Positions 1 through 10,400 of a DNA stretch of 35,398 nt are shown here, piece by piece. Numbering within the stretch: position 1 is the stretch's first letter; each line of letters opens with the position of its first letter. The position numbers and the translations under genes were made by a program. Under the pieces are notes generated by a model. That model was given only the letters and a program-made list of their open reading frames with translations, searched no databases and was not told the origin of the DNA. The DNA comes from Coniocarpon cinnabarinum (taxonomy: Eukaryota), in NCBI GenBank assembly GCA_051942205.1, contig JAVECO010000085.1, forward strand, positions 62,001 to 97,398. Direction: 5' to 3'.

Positions 1-13
1 GCAACAGGGCAGC

Positions 14-1491
14 ATGTCGCCACTGATCAGCTTCGAAGAACCTCCTGGTGAGGTAGGCACGCCTAACAGTGGCGAATACCGACCCGGATGGTACATCAGT
101 CGTGGAAATGGGGTGTTCGTGCCCCTAATTGCAGCCGATGAGCTCCCTGAAGAAGTGCGTCTCAAAGGGCTGTCAGCACGCCTAAGTCGCGACGACATCT
201 ACCGTACCGGCATAGATCAAAGCTCGGAATATCTTGGCGAAGTCTTCAGCAATGGATTTGTATTTCAAAACGTCGTGGATGATCCAAGCTTTGAAAAGCG
301 AAAAGACTGTCTGAAAGACCTTGCAGAACTGTCAATTTCTGAAGCAAATGCTGTCAACGTCGGTCGAGACCACATGGACAGTTTGAGGGGCCCAAAGGAG
401 CAGACAGTGCAGCGCTCGCCTCCGGCACACGGCGATAAGCACCTAAATGTGAGTCAGGTAATGTTTGCTACGGCACAATCAATACACAAGGCTGTGACTG
501 ACCCCAGACTCAGTGCAATATTGACGGCATCGGCCCTACCAGTCATCGCCCATTTCCTCCATCGGGTCGTGAACCTGATGCATCTCGTAAGGTGTACTGC
601 ACACACTGGATCCGCACTGGCGAATGCGATTACATTCAGCAAGGATGTTATTATAAACACGAGATGCCTGGTCGGCGAACGCTGCAAGAGATTGGATTTC
701 GCAAAGTGCCGCGCTGGTGGCAAGAACAGATAGCAGCAACCAAGAGATCAACACGCTCTTGCCTGGAAGCCAATGGCTTCACCGAGAATGAGACGAGCCG
801 TGATGATGAAAGTGTTAGTGACGGCGCCAGTTCTACAGATTTGCCTGCCGGGAATCCAGACACCTCTCGGTGGACCAGAGCAGTCTTACCAGGTTCCGGA
901 AAGTCACCACCTTCTAAGGCGGTCCCCAAGGAACACGTCTTTGGCAAAGCGCAGCCACCCAAAGTGATTCCTGTGTGCGGCGTAAACCCGAAAGCTGAAC
1001 CAGAATCAAATCAAACGTCGGCAGGTGTGAGAACACAGCCTCGAACAAATGCACCGACTCCCTGCATCACCGTCGACATGTCTCCGCCTGTCATATCGCC
1101 CACCGCTAAGGACTCAAATGTTCCCCGGACTCCGGCGAACTCGCCAACGTACTTGCCAACGTACTTTGTTGCGCACCACGGTGGACATGGGATGTCGACT
1201 GACAATGCTTATACACAATGGTCCCCTTTACCAGATCGCGGCGCCACCACTACTTCCAGGACACATTACGCTCCGCCCACAGCCAACCCCTGTCGTGGCT
1301 ATGATACCAGAGCTGCGAACGACAGAAATATCAATAGGCAAGGCAAAGATGTGCATACCGTATGTGCAGCGGGTCAAAAACTAGAAAAAGAAAGAGACAA
1401 GCGATACCTTGGCAAAGCAGGAGAGAGAGGAAGGACGGCGCAAGAGGTCCGGGGGATGGGGAGAGGCAACCAAACTTCGGAGAATGTATGA
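14..1491 (+). CDS. CCCH-type zinc finger protein, 2 exons (14-448, 508-1491), about 472 aa; 5' end may extend beyond the window
   Basis: A GTGAGT donor at 449, CTGAC branch site at 498 and CAG acceptor at 505-507 join ORF 14..733 in frame to ORF 592..1491. The spliced product contains PPSGREPDASRKVYCTHWIRTGECDYIQQGCYYKHEMP (C-x8-C-x6-C-x3-H) followed by a Pro/Ser/Thr-rich tail. An alternative donor at 458 and an alternative acceptor at 513 are also in frame. Confidence 0.75.
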
Positions 1492-2357
1492 GGAGGTCGC
1501 TTTTCGTGAAACTCGAATTTGCGCCAGTGTCACACTCGCTTCATAGATTTGACGCGAGGCTCATTGAGGATGAGCAGGCGTACAAATAACCTCGATCTTG
1601 CTGACAAGTCCTCTCCTCAACGCGGGAGCTCTTGGACAGTGTCCACCATCCGTAAGATTACCCGTCATTGAAGTAAGCACCGCCTTGCCGCGAAAGTTGT
1701 AGGCCTATGGATGATAGCACGTGACCTTGCCACAGATCATCACCGTCTCCAACTAGTAGAGCTCCCTACAATACACTCACTATAAAACCCTCACTATTAG
1801 CCTCGTCTGGATAGGGCCGAGCTTCTGTCTCCTCACGCGTGCTATTACGGCTCGGCTTTATCAGCAAGCTATGAAGCGGAGCCTGCCACCCTGCATCGTG
1901 CACACTTTGCGCGACTCAGCCAGTGGTTGCGCCATTTTCGACGTACCTTCACAGCTCCTTCAACTCTACCAGTCCTGCTTGCTGCGCCTCAGCCCCGTCA
2001 TGTTTTTGTGTATCAACGTGCATGGTTTGGCTGACCGTGCATATGCGGCCTGCGCTCGACTCGTGTGGCCTCTGGTTTGCCGGTGTTCGCTACCCGCAGG
2101 CGGCCCTTCTTAACACAGCTATCAGTATCACCAATGGGGGCCTCTTCAAGCTTGGGCTGCGCCGTCCATCAGCACGTGCTTGCCCTTCGTAATTCCATTG
2201 TTCGGCTCCTGACTCTCGCCTGTCGGCACGTGATGCATGGCGAGCGATAAAGCCCTGGTCTCGGCCCAGTTCACCTCACTGCTCTCCCTGATTTTCCCAT
2301 TCACGTGACAAGAAATCCTCGCTGACCCTCCAGCACCCTTGGTCAGATAGTCCCGCC

Positions 2358-5330
2358 ATGGCTCCAGTAGATCACTATGAGGCCGAAAGTCACGCGATCG
2401 CCCTAGCTCGCTCACACACCCGATCTCGTAGCCGCGCTCGAATAGGAAGCATTGCGTCTGGTAATGACCAGCATATAAAAGGCCTGAATGATGATGACAG
2501 CTACCTTGATGACGAATCCGGAAATTTCGACGAGCGCGACTTCAAGCATAAGCAAGTATGACCTAGACCTTTATTATCTATAGAAGTGCATGATTAAATC
2601 TGATCCAAAGCGTAACAGACATTTCGGGGCTGGCTGCTCTTCTGGTAGCTCCTGTGCTCATTCCTGGGCCCAAGGTTTACCTGATAGCTGACACTTACGA
2701 GGCTTGCCTATCAATCCACAGGTGTCATCTACGGGGACATTGGGTAAGCCTCTCACCATCATGCCCTGTCTCAGTGTAACGCACGCACTTAGCTGACATG
2801 GTCCTCCAGCACAAGTCCCCTATACGTCTACTCATCCACGTTCTCGTCTGAGCCATCAACGGAAGATCTGCTCGGCGCTCTTTCACTTATCATCTGGTCT
2901 TTGACTCTCATTGTGACCATCAAATATGTCTGCATCGTGCTCTGCGCCGATGATGAGGGTGAAGGCGGGACATTTGCCATATATACACTACTGTCTCGAT
3001 ACGTCCGTTTCTTGCTACTCTCTCTCATATGGTGTGTCTCACAACGCTAACTACCGGCAGTGCAATATCATGAACCGCGATCCGAAGGCCAACTCGACGG
3101 TGAAAATGCAACGCGTCGCCACCAACGAGCTCAAGCCTGTTCATCTTAACGTCCGTCAAGTTCTGGAAAAGAGCAAGGCTGCCTCCATCCTACTGAAAAC
3201 GCTGGCTGTTTTTGGCGTCAGTCTCATCATGGCTGACGGCGTTCTAACACCAGCTCAGTCGGTCTTGGGCGCAATCCAAGGTATGTGGAGCTTCGCCATG
3301 TGAGAGCGTTCCTAGTCACTGACTAAGATGCACAGGCCTCGAGGTCATCGCACCAAACATCTCCAGTGGTACTATCATTGGAGTGTCATGCGCGATCTTG
3401 ATTTTGCTATTTCTATGCCAACCGCTGGGGATCACGAAGCTCGGCAGTGCGTTTGCACCGATCGTCATCATTTGGTGAGCAGGCCAGTCAGAGTCGCTGA
3501 GGGTTAGCATAGTGTTTTTGACCTCCGGTTCAGGATGCTCCTGAACTTCTCGTTCGGAGCTTATGTGAGTCGAGCACTTTTGACCCCTGTCGATTTTGAA
3601 CTTTGCCTGATTTCATGCCAGAATCTAGCTAAACATGACGCGAGCGTCCTCAAAGCCTTCAGCCCCTATTTCGCCGGCCTATATTTTGTTCGCAATAAAG
3701 CTGAAGGCTGGAAGTCACTGGGTGGCATTCTATTGGCTTTTACTGGTGTTGAGGCGTTATTCGCTGTTTTAGGAGCCTTCAGCAAACGGTAGGTCTCGCT
3801 GTCTGGTCTTTGGCAGCGTTTCCTGACGTTGCTAGTGCTATTCAAATCTCATGGCTATGCTTTTGTTATCCATGCTTGCTGGTGGCCTATATTGGACAAG
3901 CCGCCTATATCTCTGACGTTCCGTCCGCTTATTCAAATCCGTTCTTCAACACATTGCCCTCCGGTGCGTTCTGGCCATCATTGATCATTTCCATCCTGGC
4001 TGCCATCGTCGCTTCTCAAGCAATCATCACGTCAACGTTCCAGCTCCTAGTCCAGGTCATGAGTACTTCCTACTTTCCTCAAGTCAAGGCCATCTACACT
4101 TCGTCGCATTTCTTCGGTCAAGTCTATATTCCTATGGCGAACTGGCTGCTCTTGATTGGCTGCATTATAGTGACTGCAGTGTACAGTGATACCACTAGAC
4201 TTGGTCATGCTTATGGCGTCTGTGTCATCCTTGTCACTTTCATCACGACCTGCATGGTGACTTTGGTCGCTTTGATTGTGTGGCGCATCAACTCTGTGCT
4301 GGTCCTAGTTATATTTATTCCTTTCATCACCCTGGATGGTCTCTTCTTATCCAGTGCGCTCACAAATGTTCCCGACGGGGCGTGGTTCACTCTCCTGCTA
4401 GCTGTCATCCTGGCGAGTATCTTCATCCTATGGCGGTTCGGTAAAGACCAACAGTGGACGGCCGAAGCCAAAGACCGTCTGCCAATCGACGCCCTGGTCA
4501 TGAAAGACGACGAGGGTAGAGAAGTCTTGCACGAAGCGTTCGGCGGCCGGGAAATCACCAAAATCAAAGGACTCGGCATCTTCTTCGATAAGGCCGGTCA
4601 TTCAGTCCCAGCGGTGTACGCGCAGTTTCTCCAAAAGTTCGAAGCCCGTCCTGATGTACACGTCTTCTTGCAGCTTCGCGCTCTCGGCTTGCCCACCGTC
4701 AAAGAAGACGAAAAGTACAGCGTCTCTGCTGTTCGGGGCATTCAGGATTGCTACCGAGTGGTCATCCGTCATGGTTACAACGATGAGATTGTGACGAAAG
4801 AGCTTGGGGGTGATGTCTATAAGCAGATACGCAAATACATCGTTGGGACTCGTCCACGTATGGAGACGATCCGGATTGGCTTGGAGAAACCAGCTGTGAC
4901 GGGGCGGGATGACGGGGCTCACACGGAGGCTGCCGTCCCGTGTCGAAGTGAGACAGCCAAACTAGAATTGAGTCCACCTAAGAACGAGGGCAAAGACTGT
5001 GCGCAGGGCGAAGATACCGAGAAGTTACCAGAGACCGACAACCTGTCCACGCCCGTCTCATCAGCGCAGATCAATGCTCTCATTGTCGCCAAACCGGCCG
5101 CTCTCGACCAAGCCTTCAAAACGCAAGTCGTCTACATAGTAGGCAAGGAACAGCTGCGCATCCCTTCCCCTCAAGATCACACCTGGATGCAATACATCGG
5201 CCGCCGTGCCTGGCGTCGCGCCGTGCTCGGCATATTCATCTGGATCCGTGAGAACACAAGAGCGAAAGTGGCGAGTATGCGGATCCCGGTGGAGAAGCTT
5301 GTCGAGGTGGGTTTCGTTAAGGAGATTTGA
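2358..5330 (+). CDS. HAK1: KUP/HAK/KT family potassium transporter, 9 exons (2358-2555, 2619-2644, 2702-2743, 2810-3002, 3061-3280, 3336-3474, 3534-3564, 3622-3788, 3836-5330), about 836 aa
   Basis: The spliced translation gives KUP signature motifs [59 protein letters not shown](V)[20 protein letters not shown] and LGHAYG. All 8 introns are GT-AG, 47-66 nt, and the exons sum to 2511 nt in frame. Confidence 0.93.
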
Positions 5331-5949
5331 AGATGACGATGAGCTAGTTTTTGCGCCTTAGCTGGACTTGAGGCGAAGCGCAGTCAACTTTATGGTGGGT
5401 CGAGGCGAGGCAAGTGAAGCGCCAAGACGAGGCATGGACAGTGAATGTTTCTACTGGATAGTATACTCGCTCATCAGACAAGGATCTTTAGCATGACTTT
5501 CCTCACGCTTTGGATCTGAGGGAGCGGAGCTTTTGGCGCGAGTGAACGTTCTTACCAGGTCGTATGCTCGTTTATGAGACAAAATCTCCAGCTTGACTTT
5601 CAAACGCTTTCGATCCGGGAGCTGAGCTTTTGGCGAGCACTTGCGTACAGCACTTGGCGTACAGCTTGTGTTACAGCCCTTGTATTCAGTGGCCCGCGCG
5701 AGTACTCTCACGACGCTATTCCTCTGAGTAGACGACGCATTATCATGAGATTGCTGCGCTTCAGCTCCCCGACTTTCGAGTAGATATACTTCCCTATGCA
5801 ATCCCTTTTATTACATCTACGTAACATTTTACAGCATCCCATCTTTATTATTCCCCTGGCTGGCTGAACTCCTCTTCAGACTTCCACCTTTCCCAACGTC
5901 TGTCATCTTTCTTTCCGTCCAGGTCTCCTGCTCATATCCTTTGTCGCTT

Positions 5950-6620
5950 TTGACGATTGATATCATACTGATATGACGTCCTGTCCTGCACCGCGGCTAG
6001 CGTGGCGCCTCCTTCTCCTTCTTATGGACACGAGTGTCTATAGCTATGCTACTCTCCTCTTTTTCTCGCTTTTTAGGTTGCATATTTGCTTATTGCATAT
6101 CTACCTATTACTTATCTTCTTACTTTTTAGGTTACTTATTTTCTTGCTTTTTATGTTACTTTTCTTCTTACTTTTTATATTACTAATCTATCTTTTACTT
6201 ATCTTGTTTTATATCTGCTAGTTCTTTTGTTCTATATACCTTTCTATTTATCTTTTAGGCGCTACTTACTTATCTTTAGGCGCTACTTACTTATCTTTTA
6301 GGCGCTCTACTTACTTATCTTTAGGCGCTACTTACTTATTATTTAAGGCGCTTAGTTTTTAGACTTTTTTCTTATACGCTTTTCTATTTATGTAGGACTT
6401 TACGATATATATCTCGTAAAATTTTCCAAACTTGCTCGATGTCGCTTTCTTAATCCTATATGTTAGAGGTCTAGTTACGCGCTTGGAACGAAATGTAGAG
6501 CTTACGCTCTAAGACGTGAGTTTATATCTTACAAGCACGTGATTGGCCTCTAATTAGAGGATCCTTTTACTGCCTTTTATTAGTATTACTACGTAGAGGT
6601 GTATTGTAGAAGCAATGGAA
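5950..6620. mobile_element. AT-rich degenerate repeat or transposon relic with RIP-like composition
   Basis: Abrupt drop in GC relative to the flanks, very frequent TpA dinucleotides, and only a low-complexity Leu/Phe/Ile pseudo-ORF. No transposase motif or terminal repeat could be recognised, so the element family is unknown. Confidence 0.55.
6248..6354. repeat. Tandem minisatellite, 21-24 bp unit TTATCTTT(T)AGGCGCTACTTAC, 4 full copies plus a degenerate fifth
   Basis: Units read directly at 6248, 6270, 6291, 6315 and 6336. Confidence 0.9.
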
Positions 6621-6648
6621 GTGATAGTATTAGAGCATGAGAAACAGA

Positions 6649-7016
6649 GAGCATGAGAAGGGAGATCATGAGAAGCGAGAGGCCTTGAAGATGGTGAAGA
6701 TATCATGATCAGTGAATATGACCCCAAATGAGAGAGATCTACGATAAGAGACCAAAGACTTCGAAGATAAATAGTAATAAGTCTTCAAATCTTAAGTAAT
6801 TCAAGAAGGAGCATAAGAAGCGAGAGATTGTAAGAAGCAAGGGGCTTTAAAGATGCTAAAGACATTATGATCAGTGATGATGACTCCAAATGAGCGAGAC
6901 CAACTATAAGAGAGACCAGCCATGAGCGATACCAAATGAGCGAGACCAACGATGAGAGACCAAAGACATTAAAGAAACTCAGTAATCACTTTAAATCCCG
7001 AGTAATTCAAGAAGAA
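6649..7016. repeat. Diverged tandem duplication, two copies (about 6649-6810 and 6811-7016)
   Basis: Both copies share, in order, GCAT(G/A)AGAAG, ATGATCAGTGA..ATGAC.CCAAATGAG, GAGACCAAAGAC and AGTAATTCAAGAAG. Copy 2 carries an extra internal duplication of CCAAATGAGCGAGACCAAC. Confidence 0.8.
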
Positions 7017-7082
7017 GAAGAAGAAGAAGAAGAAGAAGAAGAAGAAGAAGAAGAAGAAGAAGAAGAAGAAGAAGAAGAAGAA
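7011..7082. repeat. (GAA)24 trinucleotide microsatellite
   Basis: Perfect 72-bp GAA run read directly from the sequence. Confidence 0.97.
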
Positions 7083-7450
7083 GAGACAAATAGAGATGAC
7101 CAACGTGCATTCGAGTCGACTACAATACACATCCAACCCCCCAACCCCTCAAACGTATCACCAAGAACCGCCCGAAAAAAAGCCAAAAGGTGTCCCGTCT
7201 CTTGACTCGTTTCGAGTCCTGATGATCAGTCGTGAGTCCGAGTTTTGTCGTCGTCATCCCCCGTGCCCGCCCTTTCTCCCGAGTGAAATGTTGAAATCAA
7301 AAACCCGCCCATTGAACTCCTTGTAGAAATACAAATATAAATGTGATTAGTGATGGAAGTCGTGAGTCGTTACCTTCATCTCCTTCTTTTTTTTTTTTTT
7401 TCTTTTCTTGACCTTCTTTTTTGGATGGCCATCTTTTTTGGATGGCCAAC

Positions 7451-10400
7451 TCATGTTTTCTTCCCCACCCCCAAGAGACTAAGTCCATAACTCTTCCTCT
7501 TCTCCTTCTTCGTCATCCCACCAGCGCCTAACCGCCGCTCGAGGGCTTGGAGTCCCTTTCGCGACGAGTCCTCCCCCTCACTCTCCCAGTCCTCGAGCAA
7601 CCGCCGCAAATAATTCTGGTTAATCGGCGGACACCCCCGATCCATGACATCGCCCGTATTGGCGAGCGCCTCGAGCGTCTCGTCCATGTCCAAAGCAAAC
7701 ATGGTATGTCCTTCTTTGATGTAGCCCCCGATGGCGGCCCACCGCGCGGCGTCGCCTTCGTTCTGGGTGCATGCTGGTTCGTCGAGAACAGCGGCTAGCC
7801 ACTCATCAGGGCCGCAGAACGAAATGTCTGGCATCATTTTTTGTAAGCGACGGAGTGTCAACGGCTCCGGGTTGGAGAGGTGGCGGATTGCCAATTTCTC
7901 GGCGTCGGGCGTATACGGTTGCGGTTGCGTGAGGGCGATGACGCCGGCAACGACGTAGTCAACCGGCACGAAATCGACGACGAACCCCTCAATATCGGGG
8001 ATCTTGCCCGTCTGCAAAAACGACGTAATCAGCTGCTGAATGATCCCCTCTCTCGGGGCGGGGATGCCCGTTTTCCGCGAGCCGCTCATGGCGGAGGCCC
8101 GGAAAATGGTCACGGGAAAGCCGCGGGCGGCCGCTTGTGTCAGGAGAATCTCGCAGACCCAGCGCGTCTTGATGTAGCCCGGGCGCTGCGTGGTGCTCGG
8201 CGAGAAATGCGTCACGGGCTCTTCCGCCGCCGAGATCATCGTCCGAGTACGGCGGGTGGCGTGCCACGTCTGGAGATGGGGGACGGACCACGTGCTGAAG
8301 TGGTGGATGGCGGAGGGGGTGGAGCCGCAGGAGGCGAGCTCGATGAGGTCGAAGATGGGGCGCACGTTTGCGGCGTAGAGCTGGGAGTAGGTCTTTACTT
8401 GGGAGGTGCTCGCGCCGAGGTTGTAGATTGAATGTAGGCGCGCGCCGAGGCGGGCGAAAGTGGAGGTGCTCAGCCCGAAGTGGAAGTCTGAGCAAGTGCC
8501 GGCGTGGCATTTCGTCCGGCTGCGAATCGTGTCGGGGGTAATGTCTGCGGCGGCGGAGAGGAGGTTGTAATGCTCGAGATCTGCAAGCACGGAGTCATAT
8601 GTCACTTTGTTCTCGACGCCGATGAGGTGGACGGTTCCAGTGGCTTTGGTGAGGTAGTCCGCAAGGAAGTGGACGCCGTGGAAGGTGTCGACGCCCAGGA
8701 GGAGAGTATCCGGCGCTTCGGAGGGGCCGAGGACGTCGTCTTCTTCGGGGACCTGGTAGCGGCTGTCCTCGGGGAGATGGACCTCCTTGCGCCAGTCGAT
8801 CTCGTCGTTCGCTTTGGCCTTGGTGGGGGCAATGGGACTGGGGGCTTCTTCCGTCATGCCGCCCTTGTTGGAGAAGGTAGGCACCGTGCGAGCAGCAGGG
8901 CGCTGTGGCTCGGTCGTGGTCACAGGAGCGGGAGAAGGAGGTGCAGGAGCGCTGAAGCTGACGGTCTTCTTCACAGGGCGCGTAGCCGGGACCTTGATGC
9001 TAGTTTCACTGCTGAGAATGGCAGTGATGCCAGCAGGCGTGGGATTATTGAAGATCTGAGCGACTGTAATCTTGGAGCCGAGTTCCTTGACGAGACGGCT
9101 CTGCAGGCGCGGCAAGAGCATGCTGTTGCCGCCGAGGTCAAAGAAGCTGTCGTGGTCGTCGATGATTTCGCTGGCGGGATGGTTGAGCACGGCGCGGAAC
9201 TGCTCGAAGACGGCTTCGCGGATGTCCACGGGCTCAGATGTGGCGTCGTCGCCTGTCTCGGAAATGACCACTTGCTCGTGGGCTTCTTCATCCACAGGGA
9301 TGTGCTTGTTCACCTTGACAGCGGTGAATTTGGTGCCGGGGCGGATGAGCGCCAGTTGCCGTTTGAACAGGTTCTGCATGTCGACCTTGCCGCCGATGGT
9401 GGTTGGCAGGCTTTCCACGAAGTCGTAGCCAGAGGGAATCATGTAGCGGTTAAGCTTCTTGGGCAGGTTCTCATGGAGCTGCTGCACAAAGGCCTCATGC
9501 TCCTCTTGAAACTGCTTGCGCATAACGACAAACGCAATAATCTGGCGGTTGTCGGTGATGTCAGCCGGCTCAGCAGTCAGCGACGACTCTGTCTCTTCTT
9601 CGAGCGAGCGAGCAATGACAGAGACATTAGCGACCTTCTGCGCACCGAGACGCGCACCCTCATCGAAGATCTTCTGCTCGACTTCACCCAGATCAATGCG
9701 GAAGCCGCGCAGCTTGATCATCTTATCACCAGCGACACGGCCCAGGAAGTGGAACAAGCCGTTCTTATCCTGGTAGCCGGCGTCGCCGGTCTTGAGCATG
9801 CGGCCGCTGAGGAAGGGGTTGCGCGGGAAGGAGACGGCCGAGACGTCCGGACGGTTGAGGTAGGCGCCGGCGACTTGGGGACCGCCGCCGTAGAGCTCGC
9901 CGGGTACGCAGCGAGGAACGAGGTTGTGGACGGGATCCAGGACGTAGGCCTGACAGGAGGGGATGGGGTAGCCGAGGGGAACCTTCTCCTGCGGGACGGG
10001 GTTGGGAATGTGGTGGATTGTCAGCTGAGTGACGGCTTCGCATGGGCCCCAGGTGCTGTAGACCTTGACGGGGGTGTGGAGGTCGTAGACGGCTTGTGCC
10101 AGTCGGGCGGGCACGACCTCGCCGGCGAAGAAGCCAATGCGCCAGTTGTTGCAGGCTTTGAGGGCTTCGCGGTTGGCTTCCAGGAGCATGGCGAATTGCG
10201 TCGGGACGAAGTAGGTGAACGTGACGCCGGCGGTCTTCATGAAGTCTGCAAGCAGTGTCGGGTCTTGCTTCGTCTCGGCAGTGGGGATGCAGGTGGTGCC
10301 ACCGCACATGAGAGCGTTGTAGATTTGCGGCAGCGACAGGTCGAACGCCATCGAGCTCTGGTGCAGCATCGCGTCCTGAGACGTGAAGTTGTACTCAACA

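Noticed and set aside
14..5330. CCCH protein and HAK transporter as members of the biosynthetic cluster
   Set aside because: They have housekeeping-type functions and are separated from the cluster by the repeat relic. Membership cannot be excluded without expression data.
5973..6221. Hydrophobic Leu/Phe/Ile-rich ORF resembling a membrane peptide
   Set aside because: An artefact of T-rich degenerate repeat sequence.
6248..6354. Short repeats superficially like a CRISPR array
   Set aside because: The units are directly adjacent with no unique spacers, the context is eukaryotic and there are no cas genes.
6936..7205. Poly-Glu ORF
   Set aside because: It is the translation of the GAA microsatellite inside a repeat relic, with no other coding evidence.
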